A DNA stretch of 64,000 nucleotides from Escherichia phage vB_EcoM_SA20RB: the sequence record OL960581. One strand, written 5' to 3'. The position numbers were made by a program, and so were the translations under genes. Each line of letters begins with the position of its first letter. Positions within the stretch are counted from its first letter, which is position 1. The notes beneath the pieces are model-generated. The model had not been told where the DNA came from. It saw nothing but the letters and a program-made list of their open reading frames with translations, and made no database searches. Positions 27,427-36,963 of this stretch are shown here, piece after piece.

Positions 27427-27964
27427 TTACTATTTCCAAAAGTTTATTATTTTTAAGGTAATTAGCCTTTTCTAGGACTTCAGAAGCATATTTAGAACCT
27501 GCTTTAACATTCCATCCCGAATTATAAGAGGATATTGCTTTTCTTATATCACCCTTATGTATATTTAACCAATAAGAAAGTTCAATGTACGCCCAGGAAG
27601 CTGAATTGGATCGTTTATTCAACATTCTTTTTATTTCGGCATCGGTCATATTATAACCAAGTTCCTTAACTCTTGCTCGCATAGTAGGCAAATAATTTTG
27701 GAACATTCCGTAGGCGTGATGCTTTGGTTTAGATTTTAAATTAACTCCGGCAGAGCTTTCTTGCCATAAAATAGCAGCCATTATATGACCCAATCCGCTC
27801 TTGTGGATGTTTTTGTGTGTTTTATATTTTCCATCCTTAGAAAATTGTTCCCCGAATTGATATGCGTAGCGCATGTTATCGAGTTGGACATTACTGAAAG
27901 TATGCTCGGAGCTATGTGCCATCATTGAAATGGCCAATAGACCAGCGAGTAGTGCTTTTCTCAT
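27419..27964 (-). CDS. Secreted lytic transglycosylase-like protein (vs.1 position)
   Basis: 181 aa; signal peptide; SLT-like WQESS...AYGMFQ motif. Confidence 0.55.
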   Translation of the reverse strand: MRKALLAGLLAISMMAHSSEHTFSNVQLDNMRYAYQFGEQFSKDGKYKTHKNIHKSGLGHIMAAILWQESSAGVNLKSKPKHHAYGMFQNYLPTMRARVKELGYNMTDAEIKRMLNKRSNSASWAYIELSYWLNIHKGDIRKAISSYNSGWNVKAGSKYASEVLEKANYLKNNKLLEIVND

Positions 27965-27971
27965 GCTTACC

Positions 27972-28433
27972 TCATTGAGTTTTAATTACGGCTTTAGAAG
28001 CCTTTCCTGGTAAACGACGACTGTTGATAATTGCCATCCTACATTGAAGTGACGGGTCTTTGAACTTCGCGTTAGGTTTACAAACTGTAAATCCAAGCCA
28101 AAGATTTCCATCTGTGATTTCTAAACGTCCAGGACGATATTCAACCCCATCAATAAAATCCTCGTCAATGTCAGGACGCGGAGGCATACTCAGGAATTCA
28201 TTAACTTCTAAAACATGGTCTTTTATTTTGTGGAATAATTCAAAAACATATGTCTCATCAATCTCCCGTTGAATTGCACGATCAAGAAGATGTTGAGAAT
28301 ATTTTAGATGAAACGATGAGACCCCTGCTGCTTTTGATGCCTCACGAATCTCATTGTTAATTTGACGAAACTCCGACTCAAAGTGACGACGAAGTTTATT
28401 TCGACGGATAAAAACTTCTGTATTGATAGTCAT
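27972..28433 (-). CDS. regB: Site-specific endoribonuclease RegB
   Basis: 153 aa; N-terminus MTINTEVFIRRNKLRRHFESEF; length and position match T4 RegB; early promoter directly upstream. Confidence 0.85.
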   Translation of the reverse strand: MTINTEVFIRRNKLRRHFESEFRQINNEIREASKAAGVSSFHLKYSQHLLDRAIQREIDETYVFELFHKIKDHVLEVNEFLSMPPRPDIDEDFIDGVEYRPGRLEITDGNLWLGFTVCKPNAKFKDPSLQCRMAIINSRRLPGKASKAVIKTQ

Positions 28434-28460
28434 GTTATTCTCCTCTTAACTGATAGAAAA

Positions 28461-28490
28461 ATTATACCACAGTCAAGAGGAAAAGTAAAC
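28461..28490 (-). promoter_or_regulatory. T4-type early promoter (-35 GTTTAC, -10 TATAAT) for regB
   Basis: Minus strand reads GTTTACttttcctcttgactgtggTATAATttttctatcagttaagaggagaataacATG. Confidence 0.65.
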
Positions 28491-28492
28491 AA

Positions 28493-28813
28493 TTATTCTT
28501 TAAATCTAATCAATTTATTCATAGACTTTGTAACTTCTGCACGAACCTCATGTAGGTTTTTAAGCTGTTCAAGACGCTGCTCATAGTAAGCAATTTCATC
28601 TTCTTCGAGACAGTCCTGTGAATCTTCTTTAAGATAACGTGCATAGTCCTGGAAAGCTTTACGGACTACTTCCTGGAAGTCATCAAGACTTTGAATTTTC
28701 TTAGGAGCAACAGATACACGACGAGGGGCAGTATAATACTCATAACCAAACCCTGCGCTTAATTGGGCCATTAATATTTTTCCTCTGGTTGGAACACAGC
28801 ACGACAAGCCCAC
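28493..28813 (-). CDS. Hypothetical protein (vs.3 position)
   Basis: ORF-track 106 aa. Confidence 0.5.
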   Translation of the reverse strand: MGLSCCVPTRGKILMAQLSAGFGYEYYTAPRRVSVAPKKIQSLDDFQEVVRKAFQDYARYLKEDSQDCLEEDEIAYYEQRLEQLKNLHEVRAEVTKSMNKLIRFKE

Positions 28814-29037
28814 ATACTGGCTTCTTTGAGTTTCGTTTTAGCAATAGTTAACTGATCGAGACTTTCAGCATAATTCTTCGCGAATTCACAGTCTTCACAA
28901 TTATTTAGTGCTTCCCAGAATTCATCATACAAAGCATCAAAGATAAGTCCTAAACGAACTTCAGCGTCTTTGATAGCATTCACTTTACCGATTTTCTCTT
29001 CAGTATGTGGTTTATAACCTTTAATGTCTTCAATCAT
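28771..29037 (-). CDS. Vs.4-position protein, possible Acb2-like cyclic-oligonucleotide sponge (by synteny)
   Basis: 88 aa helical acidic protein, second ORF after regB; assignment from memory that T4 Vs.4 is Acb2. Confidence 0.45.
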   Translation of the reverse strand: MIEDIKGYKPHTEEKIGKVNAIKDAEVRLGLIFDALYDEFWEALNNCEDCEFAKNYAESLDQLTIAKTKLKEASMWACRAVFQPEEKY

Positions 29038-29251
29038 ATTTTACTTCCTCACCAGTACCTAAATCATATTCAACTAAACGAATAGGCTCATGAATGCCAT
29101 AACCCTGAACAGAAATTTCTGTCGTAGGATAAATTCCATCAATATCACCCATATTCCATGCTTCATTAAATTGCTGTTCGCCTGAATTACTAAACCACTC
29201 GGCGAAAGCATTTAGCACATCTTTAGAACCTTCAATAATTATCTTTGCCAT
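29030..29251 (-). CDS. Hypothetical protein (vs.5 position)
   Basis: ORF-track 73 aa. Confidence 0.5.
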   Translation of the reverse strand: MAKIIIEGSKDVLNAFAEWFSNSGEQQFNEAWNMGDIDGIYPTTEISVQGYGIHEPIRLVEYDLGTGEEVKYD

Positions 29252-29613
29252 TACAAACTCTCAGTAAAGGTACGAGCGATAACGTCGCGCTGCTGTTCCG
29301 GAGTTAGAGAGTTAAAGCGAACTGCATAACCGGATACACGGATGGTCAGCTGCGGATATTTTTCCGGATGCTTAACTGCATCTTCCAGAGTTTCACGACG
29401 CAGAACGTTAACGTTCAGGTGTTGACCACCTTCAATTTTAACTGTAGGCTGTTGCTCAATTTCAATTTCACGGGCATGCAAACCATAGAAAATTTCTGGG
29501 TCTACAAAAGAGTCCTCTTTAAAGGTTTTAGAGACAATAATTCGTGCTTGAATACCATCTTCAAAATAAATAGTACCTTTATGTGTGCCTTCAAGAATTT
29601 GATATGCTTTCAT
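29251..29613 (-). CDS. GrcA/YfiD-like autonomous glycyl-radical cofactor (vs.6 position)
   Basis: 120 aa; C-terminal [56 protein letters not shown] is a glycyl-radical domain signature. Confidence 0.8.
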   Translation of the reverse strand: MKAYQILEGTHKGTIYFEDGIQARIIVSKTFKEDSFVDPEIFYGLHAREIEIEQQPTVKIEGGQHLNVNVLRRETLEDAVKHPEKYPQLTIRVSGYAVRFNSLTPEQQRDVIARTFTESL

Positions 29614-29620
29614 ATAAACC

Positions 29621-29848
29621 TCAATTAGAAAATAAATTTATCCAAGATTGTTCTTTAATTAAAAATGGCTCAGAATCATATGCCATTAAACTCTGTGTGA
29701 TTAGTCCTTTAAAAGGCCCATCAATAAATTCCATGGTAAAATATGGAATTTTATTCATTAGCCGTGCATTAGGAGCCGTGCACAAAACTCTGCATCCTTT
29801 GAATACGCCTTTTTGTAATTTGTATTGCTTAGGATAAAATTCGCTCAA
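29621..29848 (-). CDS. Hypothetical protein (vs.7 position)
   Basis: ORF-track 75 aa. Confidence 0.5.
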   Translation of the reverse strand: MSEFYPKQYKLQKGVFKGCRVLCTAPNARLMNKIPYFTMEFIDGPFKGLITQSLMAYDSEPFLIKEQSWINLFSN

Positions 29849-29948
29849 AATGTTATTTTTTTTGCCAAAATTTCAAAATGATTCACCAATTTATTTTTAA
29901 TAGTTTTTGGTGAAAAATAAAGATATTCGAAAAGCTGAGTGTCTGTCA

Positions 29949-30491
29949 TCATTGCATTCCGATTACGAAAAACTGCGGACGAGTAATACCACCAATGCAG
30001 CATTTACTATTGCAGCAGTGTTGCACAGTTTCAATATGAATATCGTAAATTTTATCCATATCAGGAGATTTAACAGGCTCATCGATTATATACAAAATTC
30101 GAGAAAGCGATAAACCTCTGAACTTGCTACCTCTATTACCAACAAAACTACGGACAGAATCAGTAAATAAACGGAATCGAATATCATCGCTAGAATAACG
30201 AGAAAATTCTTTTTTAATGCGGCCCGCAGAAATTTTAGCGTAAGCTGAAGTATTAGAAAGAACAATAACTGTTCCACCATCATACAACCAATTAGCGGCA
30301 AAATTAGTTACTGCAGTTGATTTACCAGATTGTCTGCCACCATCTAAACGAAGTGTACAATATTCTTTAAATAAATGCGACGAATCAGGTACATAAAATC
30401 CACTATTACAAATTTCTTCTACTCTAGCATCAGAATGGTGTGTAAAAGCATTCATCAGGGATAGATAAGGACCAGTTAAAAATGTTCTCAT
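29949..30491 (-). CDS. Small P-loop NTPase-like protein (Walker A GGRQSGKST, Walker B-like ILYIIDEP)
   Basis: 180 aa; motifs read from the translation; sits where T4 has vs.8/denV. Confidence 0.5.
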   Translation of the reverse strand: MRTFLTGPYLSLMNAFTHHSDARVEEICNSGFYVPDSSHLFKEYCTLRLDGGRQSGKSTAVTNFAANWLYDGGTVIVLSNTSAYAKISAGRIKKEFSRYSSDDIRFRLFTDSVRSFVGNRGSKFRGLSLSRILYIIDEPVKSPDMDKIYDIHIETVQHCCNSKCCIGGITRPQFFVIGMQ

Positions 30492-30631
30492 TTCTTCTCT
30501 CTAAGTTTGGGCCATTCCATGGCGCATGAATTGTCCATTTCTGTATTTACCCATTACCGCACTTGGGCTCGACCTTATTACAGGTTGGCGGGAATCCCTC
30601 ACAGAATCATGAGGTCCAGGTTGTTCCCATA

Positions 30632-31105
30632 TTATTTGAACGATTTAACGTACTGAATAGAACCTTTACTATTCACGAAAGCGATTTTACCATTTTTATT
30701 ATACATGGTAGCAGTACGCTGATAGCCATAAGTTTGCTTACCAGATTGATAACCAACTAATGCAAAATTATCTTCACCCATTTTATTCTGTTTAGCACGA
30801 ATGCGTTCATGACCATGTGCCATAAGAACCTTAGCATCACCAGTTGCAATGGATCTACGAGTTTTTTCATCTTCAACTGTATTAACAAAGTCGTCAAATG
30901 AATCAAATTTAGCATGAGATTTATTATACAGTTTTCCATCTACTGCATAATTATATCCCTGTACATCCATCTCAACTTCTGTACCATCATCCAATACAGC
31001 AGTGATTTTCTGTCCTTTTTTAAATTTCAAAAGATCAGTAAAAGATTCAGCAATAATTTGAGAATTAATAGCTGCTTCAGTAATAAATTCTTGATATGTT
31101 TTCAT
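30632..31105 (-). CDS. Internal-protein-like protein with capsid-targeting-sequence-like N-terminus
   Basis: 157 aa; N-terminus MKTYQEFITEAAINS resembles the ipI leader MKTFKEFTST; occupies the T4 ipII/ipIII locus next to e; early promoter upstream. Confidence 0.55.
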   Translation of the reverse strand: MKTYQEFITEAAINSQIIAESFTDLLKFKKGQKITAVLDDGTEVEMDVQGYNYAVDGKLYNKSHAKFDSFDDFVNTVEDEKTRRSIATGDAKVLMAHGHERIRAKQNKMGEDNFALVGYQSGKQTYGYQRTATMYNKNGKIAFVNSKGSIQYVKSFK

Positions 31106-31159
31106 GTGTTTCCTTTAAATATTTTAATTAGTAATCTATTTATTTAAGTAACTGTGAAT

Positions 31160-31189
31160 ATACTATCACAGTTTTAGGAGAAAGTAAAC
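31160..31189 (-). promoter_or_regulatory. T4-type early promoter (-35 GTTTAC, -10 TAGTAT)
   Basis: Minus strand reads GTTTACtttctcctaaaactgtgaTAGTAT. Confidence 0.5.
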
Positions 31190-31193
31190 AACT

Positions 31194-32162
<969 letters not shown>

Positions 32163-32181
<19 letters not shown>

Positions 32182-32525
32182 TCAATCACAAACTCTTTCA
32201 TTGATTCATTTTCAATATAAGACATGTAGCTATTATATTCTTTTAATTGTATTTTGTAATCCTTTTTTCTTTGCCAATTTATTTTAAAATTATCATAATG
32301 AAAATATAACATGGTACCAAAGAATGAAAATGATGAAATCGCTATAGTATAGTGAAGTTCACTCCAAACTTCTGTTATATTTACTGTGCCGTCGATGTTT
32401 AAAATAAGACAGTCAATTAACAATCCAAAAAGACTACCCGCAAGAGCTGCAGCCAACGCCACAGCAAAAATTAAAAATGACTCAGGAAGAGAATATTTGG
32501 CTTTATTTAGTTTTGGCTTTTGCAT
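32163..32525 (-). CDS. Membrane protein (e.2 position)
   Basis: 120 aa; hydrophobic segment FLIFAVALAAALAGSLFGLLIDCLIL. Confidence 0.5.
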
Positions 32526-32920
32526 CGTGATTCCTTAACAAATTTCATAATTTCATTAAATTCATACATATCAAGTTTAAGCTGATGTTCCTTTTTAATC
32601 TTTTTACACTGAGCTTTCCATTCACGTACACGTTTACGATAATGTCTTCCTTGATACCAGTATCCTACCCAATTTACGGGTACTAATAAAAGTGGAACTA
32701 TTAATGGAAGAATTAGCATTAACACAAGTATTTCGCCAGAATCAATATCAGTCATAACATCTAAAACACCTCCAATAATCAGTAGAATTACAAATGATAT
32801 GAGTATAACAGGACCTATTAATACATCAGTAGAAATTATCTGGCGCTTTAATTCATACTTTAAGGGTTTACTTGGAAGATACATTGATGGCTTTGACATA
32901 TTCTCTACATTCCTTAACAA
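32507..32920 (-). CDS. Membrane protein (e.3 position)
   Basis: 137 aa; two hydrophobic segments. Confidence 0.5.
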   Translation of the reverse strand: MLRNVENMSKPSMYLPSKPLKYELKRQIISTDVLIGPVILISFVILLIIGGVLDVMTDIDSGEILVLMLILPLIVPLLLVPVNWVGYWYQGRHYRKRVREWKAQCKKIKKEHQLKLDMYEFNEIMKFVKESRCKSQN

Positions 32921-33479
32921 ATTTTTCTAGTAATAAATCGCTTTCAAAATTAGGATTTTCCACGAATTTATCAAAAAGATCATCAACAATGGTTAAAATA
33001 TTCTTTTTGCTAAGAATACGTTTATTTTCATGCTTCGTTTCAGAATCAACTATAAGAGTAAAGAAATATTTCTTTCCCTGAAATTTTACCGTAGTATCAA
33101 TATAAAATAAATTTGACTTTTGTAAATTACGTTTAAACCATGCGTCACTTAAACTATAAACGCCAAGATAATCATAATCGTCGTTTAAATAACAAACTGT
33201 CCATTCAGGAGAAATGAAATCAGTAAATTCAACATCAAAATCACACGTCAATGAATGAATTGATTCAATACTTTTAATGAGTATTCCAGGACGTATTAAA
33301 GACTTTTTACCTCTGGAAAATCTTCCAGAAAGACTTTCATTAGTTTCATATGAAGAACCCCAATAATAATTACGTCCTTCTGCCATACGTTTAAGAGCAT
33401 TTAATAATTGGTCTGGAACATCAACCTGTCTTTGGAACTCTTCAAACATTGAATTGAAATCAATTTGCATTCTTCTCAT
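32868..33479 (-). CDS. Hypothetical protein (e.4 position)
   Basis: ORF-track 203 aa. Confidence 0.55.
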   Translation of the reverse strand: MRRMQIDFNSMFEEFQRQVDVPDQLLNALKRMAEGRNYYWGSSYETNESLSGRFSRGKKSLIRPGILIKSIESIHSLTCDFDVEFTDFISPEWTVCYLNDDYDYLGVYSLSDAWFKRNLQKSNLFYIDTTVKFQGKKYFFTLIVDSETKHENKRILSKKNILTIVDDLFDKFVENPNFESDLLLEKFVKECREYVKAINVSSK

Positions 33480-33499
33480 TCCTATTTACTCCAAGTAAT

Positions 33500-33515
33500 A
33501 GGGGCCGAAGCCCCT
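33500..33515 (-). other. Hairpin AGGGGC-CGAA-GCCCCT (stability element or weak terminator)
   Basis: Perfect GC stem with tetraloop; few following U residues. Confidence 0.4.
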
Positions 33516-33520
33516 TATCA

Positions 33521-34114
33521 TTATTTCAGAGAATTAATGTATTCCTGAACATCGGCAGAGGTAGTTTCAACCCCAGAAATATTACCATTAAAGGTTTCAA
33601 CTCGAGCAAGAGTATCTTCAATATCAACTTTAGTCAGTGCTGCAATTTCAACTACATCATCAGCAGTACTAATTCCGAGGGCATTTGCGGCGCGAGTTTC
33701 ACGGATATATTCCAATTTAACTGCAAGTTCTTGGCGAGCATCATCCAATTCAACTACTTTCTTGGCGATTTCAATTCGCATTTCAGCATAACCATCAGCT
33801 TTAGTAGTCAACTGCTCAGCTGTTCGACGATATAGTAAACCAAGTTTAGCATGCATTGTTACATCTTGACCTTCGGAAAGGAGCTTGCGAATTTCACGCT
33901 CTTTTGATTCGGCCTGTTTATTCTTTTCAATAACAAGTTCACGAATACGTTTTTCTTCATTAATAGATTTAATAGAAGCAGTTTTTAGATCTTTAATTTT
34001 ATCAAGCAATTTTGCTGCTGCGGCAGTATACTGCTCTTCAACAGATAGATTTTTAGCCATAGCAGAACCAAGTTTAGTGCGAATAAAATCAACAATTTTC
34101 TTCAGTGTGTTCAT
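33521..34114 (-). CDS. Long alpha-helical coiled-coil protein (e.5 position), weakly PspA/IM30-like
   Basis: 197 aa; charged heptad-rich composition. Confidence 0.5.
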   Translation of the reverse strand: MNTLKKIVDFIRTKLGSAMAKNLSVEEQYTAAAAKLLDKIKDLKTASIKSINEEKRIRELVIEKNKQAESKEREIRKLLSEGQDVTMHAKLGLLYRRTAEQLTTKADGYAEMRIEIAKKVVELDDARQELAVKLEYIRETRAANALGISTADDVVEIAALTKVDIEDTLARVETFNGNISGVETTSADVQEYINSLK

Positions 34115-34160
34115 AGTATTTCCTTAGGTTGATTAAGATTTAAAATCCATGAGAGTATTA

Positions 34161-34334
34161 TACTCCGGATAGTTTGTAAACTATTTTAACATCGCCTTTT
34201 GCTGCTTTATAACCTTCAGCCCAAGATACAACCGAGTTTTTATCCGAAGATTCAAATTCTGGCATTGGGCTTTCGCCAATGTTCACGCAGTATGTTTCTT
34301 CATTTTCGTCAAACCAAATAATTAAAGTAGTCAT
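34161..34334 (-). CDS. Small hypothetical protein (about 57 aa; e.6 position)
   Basis: Hand translation MTTLIIWFDENEETYCVNIGESPMPEFESSDKNSVVSWAEGYKAAKGDVKIVYKLSGV. Confidence 0.35.
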
Positions 34335-34403
34335 TTATTTCTCCGTTTCTGTATTTGTTTTTGATAAGTCTATAATAACACCGTCCTTGGTGTTTGTACA
34401 CAA

Positions 34404-34679
34404 TTATTTCATATTATTGAAATATTCTTCTGCGATTTCGTCGTTATCATGGTAAACTTTAGAAGACAGTTTAACATAACTTTCAGCAGTGAACATGTTA
34501 ATCACAACCTTTACAGTATACCACTGACCATCTTCATTACCCATTACTGCGTAAGTTTCAAACATCGGATGGTCAGGACCGATAACTTTAATATCATTCA
34601 CTGTACGACCGAAATCTTCTGAAACGCATTTCATAAAGAAGTTGAACAGTTCGCCGTAATTATCCATTTCATTCTCCAA
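34404..34679 (-). CDS. Hypothetical protein (e.7 position)
   Basis: ORF-track 91 aa; early promoter and conserved leader upstream. Confidence 0.55.
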   Translation of the reverse strand: MENEMDNYGELFNFFMKCVSEDFGRTVNDIKVIGPDHPMFETYAVMGNEDGQWYTVKVVINMFTAESYVKLSSKVYHDNDEIAEEYFNNMK

Positions 34680-34710
34680 GTTATTTTCTGTATCAGTAGT
34701 TGATAGTTGT

Positions 34711-34740
34711 ATAGTACCATGGAAGAACGGGGATGTAAAC
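34711..34740 (-). promoter_or_regulatory. T4-type early promoter (-35 GTTTAC, -10 TACTAT) with conserved leader
   Basis: Minus strand reads aaaaaattttttcacaaaactGTTTACatccccgttcttccatggTACTATacaactatcaactac. Confidence 0.6.
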
Positions 34741-34872
34741 AGTTTTGTGAAAAAATTTTTTAAAAAGTTTTAGGGAATTCTAGGACAGGGAGGGGAAATC
34801 AAAGGATAGGATAATATATTATAAAGGGTATAAACTAAATGATGCCTAGAGAGGCCCGGAAAGGCCTAGATA

Positions 34873-34903
34873 CCAAAAAGCCCCAACCTTTTGGTCGGGG
34901 CTA
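34873..34903 (-). terminator. Rho-independent terminator (AGCCCCGACC-AAAA-GGUUGGGGCU plus U-run)
   Basis: Stem-loop followed by TTTTTGG on the minus strand, directly 3' of the ORF ending at 34910. Confidence 0.7.
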
Positions 34904-34909
34904 AGAATG

Positions 34910-35383
34910 TTATTTGATTTGTTTAGCAGACCAAATGCGATCTTTAATAATTTTTTGGATGTCTTCAACATACTCTAGGTCATGAGCATGTGGATTATCT
35001 TTGAAACTATGAGCTCGCGCAAGTTTCTGGCCTTCGGTCTTAATTATCAAAAGTTCTTTAAGAATTGCTTCATACCTAGAGATAATTCCTTTAGCAATAT
35101 TTTTTTCTTGTGCTGCTTTAGGGTCAGCCTTAGGAGCAGGTTTACCTGAAGCCTTTGCAAAAGCAGCTCCAGTAGCAACTAAACTTTTCCAGGCCATACT
35201 AACTGCATTCCCTGTAAATCCTTCGGCTTTCATATCACGAGCAAATTGGAATCGTGATTCATCGGAAGCATCTTTATAGGAATATTTACCCGCGGCAATG
35301 GCTGCTTTTGCGACAGCTTGAATTTCGGTGCTAGATGCTTCATTTAACGCCGCTTCATTTAAAAATTGAGCATATGATTTCAT
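34910..35383 (-). CDS. Late-expressed protein with capsid-targeting-sequence-like N-terminus (e.8 position)
   Basis: 157 aa; N-terminus MKSYAQFLNEAALNEAS parallels MKTYQEFITEAAINS of 30632..31105; exact late promoter TATAAATA upstream; flanked by terminators. Confidence 0.6.
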   Translation of the reverse strand: MKSYAQFLNEAALNEASSTEIQAVAKAAIAAGKYSYKDASDESRFQFARDMKAEGFTGNAVSMAWKSLVATGAAFAKASGKPAPKADPKAAQEKNIAKGIISRYEAILKELLIIKTEGQKLARAHSFKDNPHAHDLEYVEDIQKIIKDRIWSAKQIK

Positions 35384-35419
35384 CTTATTTCCTGTTTTAA
35401 TTCGTGGTTTTAATATACT

Positions 35420-35427
35420 TATTTATA
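35420..35427 (-). promoter_or_regulatory. Late promoter TATAAATA
   Basis: Exact TATAAATA on the minus strand about 37 nt upstream of the ATG at 35383. Confidence 0.6.
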
Positions 35428-35458
35428 CTAAAAAGCCCCAACCTTTCGGTCGGGGCTA
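35426..35458 (-). terminator. Rho-independent terminator (AGCCCCGACC-GAAA-GGUUGGGGCU plus U5) ending the stable-RNA/tRNA transcript
   Basis: Stem-loop followed by TTTTT on the minus strand. Confidence 0.7.
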
Positions 35459-35461
35459 AGC

Positions 35462-35770
35462 CTTGCGGCAACCTTGTCGGGGTTCCACCTGCTAAGGCAA
35501 GTGTTTGTACGAAACGCCGGGATTCGAACCCGGTTATTAAGCAGTTGACGCTACTCAATATTTTTAAAAGGCCATATCTCGACCATATCCGAACGTTCCG
35601 TCAAAAACGCTACTCGGCTTACGGCAAAGATATTTCCTCGAATCGATAATTCGGTGCGCCGTTTCTGCTGTGATGTAAGAGGGCATCAATAAACGCAAAG
35701 ATTATTAACGCAATTCCTTACTCAGGGAACATCAGTCCGACGACTTACCGGTAGCGACCCGGTTTCTCAT
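35462..35770 (-). ncRNA. Small stable RNA region (T4 rnaC/rnaD-like), boundaries not resolved
   Basis: Non-coding stretch between tRNA-Arg and the terminator; contains a tRNA-like T-arm CCGGGTTCGAATCCCGG (minus strand, near 35517-35533). Confidence 0.4.
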
Positions 35771-35771
35771 T

Positions 35772-35848
35772 TGGTCGAGGCAGAAGGATTCTAACCTTCA
35801 ACCAACGGATTAGAAATCCGTTGCTCTATACAATTGAGCTATGCCCCG
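35772..35848 (-). tRNA. tRNA-Arg (anticodon UCU), CCA encoded
   Basis: Hand fold: acceptor CGGGGCA/UGCCUCG, D stem GCUC/GAGC, anticodon stem ACGGA/UCCGU with loop UUUCUAA, T stem GAAGG/CCUUC. Confidence 0.8.
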
Positions 35849-35851
35849 TAA

Positions 35852-36517
35852 TTAAAATTTCATTTTTCGACCTTTAAACCATCCTTCTGGAATTGGGTCA
35901 GTTTTCTTAATACGTTTAGAAACTTTTTCATCTAATGAATGAATCCACATCATACCAAATTGGGAATTCTTTTCACCCTGTTGATGTTTATTTCTGGCGT
36001 GAGATTCTTTCATTTTATTAATAGTTTCAGGAGTATGGGTCTTACCCAAGAAAGATTTAGTATTTAAAAATTTCTCTCTATACTTAGGATTATCCCAAAG
36101 CTGTTTAAACCTTTCTGAACCCATTTTACGATATTTTTCTTTAAGGTCTGGGTCGTTCTCAAATCTGGTTTTAAAAGCAGCAGCCCCTTTTAAGGAAGCT
36201 TCTTTCTTTTTATCCAAATATTCTTTAGTGTTTAAATGGTCCCAACCACCTTCACCACCTAATTTCAAATTATAAACATCAAGGCGCTTTAAAAACTCTT
36301 CAGTCACAATATTCTTTTCTGACTCAAACATAGAGGTTTTATCGTCAAAGAACTCTAATATTTCTTTAGAGAAATTTTCTATACCATACTTGTCTTGGGC
36401 TCTTTTTAATAATTTACCAGAACCCATATATCCATCATCTAAATTTTCGGTAGAATGAGCGCCTATATAGATTTTATTATTAATTTTATTTGTTATTTTA
36501 TAAGTGTAATGGAACAT
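35852..36517 (-). CDS. segB: GIY-YIG homing endonuclease SegB
   Basis: 221 aa; N-terminal YTYKITNKINNKIYIGAHST GIY-YIG motif; lies inside the tRNA cluster as T4 segB does. Confidence 0.85.
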   Translation of the reverse strand: MFHYTYKITNKINNKIYIGAHSTENLDDGYMGSGKLLKRAQDKYGIENFSKEILEFFDDKTSMFESEKNIVTEEFLKRLDVYNLKLGGEGGWDHLNTKEYLDKKKEASLKGAAAFKTRFENDPDLKEKYRKMGSERFKQLWDNPKYREKFLNTKSFLGKTHTPETINKMKESHARNKHQQGEKNSQFGMMWIHSLDEKVSKRIKKTDPIPEGWFKGRKMKF

Positions 36518-36558
36518 AAATATCTCCTATTTCTAAGAGTATTTATGTTCCCAAAATA

Positions 36559-36630
36559 TGGCCCTGGGTGGAATTGAACCACCATCTGGCGATTATGAGT
36601 CGCTTGCTTGAACCTTCCAGCTACAGGGCC
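36559..36630 (-). tRNA. tRNA with CAU anticodon (Ile by T4 synteny; Met-like anticodon)
   Basis: Hand fold: acceptor GGCCCUG/CAGGGCC, anticodon loop CUCAUAA, T arm GGUGG-UUCAAUU-CCACC. Confidence 0.75.
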
Positions 36631-36636
36631 TTGATA

Positions 36637-36709
36637 TGCTGATTGACGGAATCGAACCGCCGACCTTCTCATTACAAGTGAGTTGCTCTACCTACTGAGC
36701 TAAATCAGC
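36637..36709 (-). tRNA. tRNA-Thr (UGU)
   Basis: Hand fold: acceptor GCUGAUU/AAUCAGC, anticodon stem ACUCA/UGAGA with loop CUUGUAA, T arm GGCGG-UUCGAUU-CCGUC. Confidence 0.8.
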
Positions 36710-36716
36710 GAAATTA

Positions 36717-36803
36717 CGGAGGCGATAGGATTTGAACCTATGAGTCGCCGGAGCGACTGCCGGTTTTCAAGACCGGTGCATTAAACCACTCTGCCACGCC
36801 TCC
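36717..36803 (-). tRNA. tRNA-Ser (UGA), long variable arm
   Basis: Hand fold: acceptor GGAGGCG/CGCCUCC, anticodon loop CUUGAAA, variable arm, T arm UUCAAAU. Confidence 0.8.
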
Positions 36804-36805
36804 AG

Positions 36806-36879
36806 TCTCCGCGGCAGGATTTGAACCTGCGACATTCTGCTCCCAAAGCAGACGCTCTACCAAACTGAGCTACACGGAG
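36806..36879 (-). tRNA. tRNA-Pro (UGG)
   Basis: Hand fold: anticodon stem UCUGC/GCAGA with loop UUUGGGA; T arm GCAGG-UUCAAAU-CCUGC. Confidence 0.8.
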
Positions 36880-36891
36880 TAAATTAAATTT

Positions 36892-36963
<72 letters not shown>

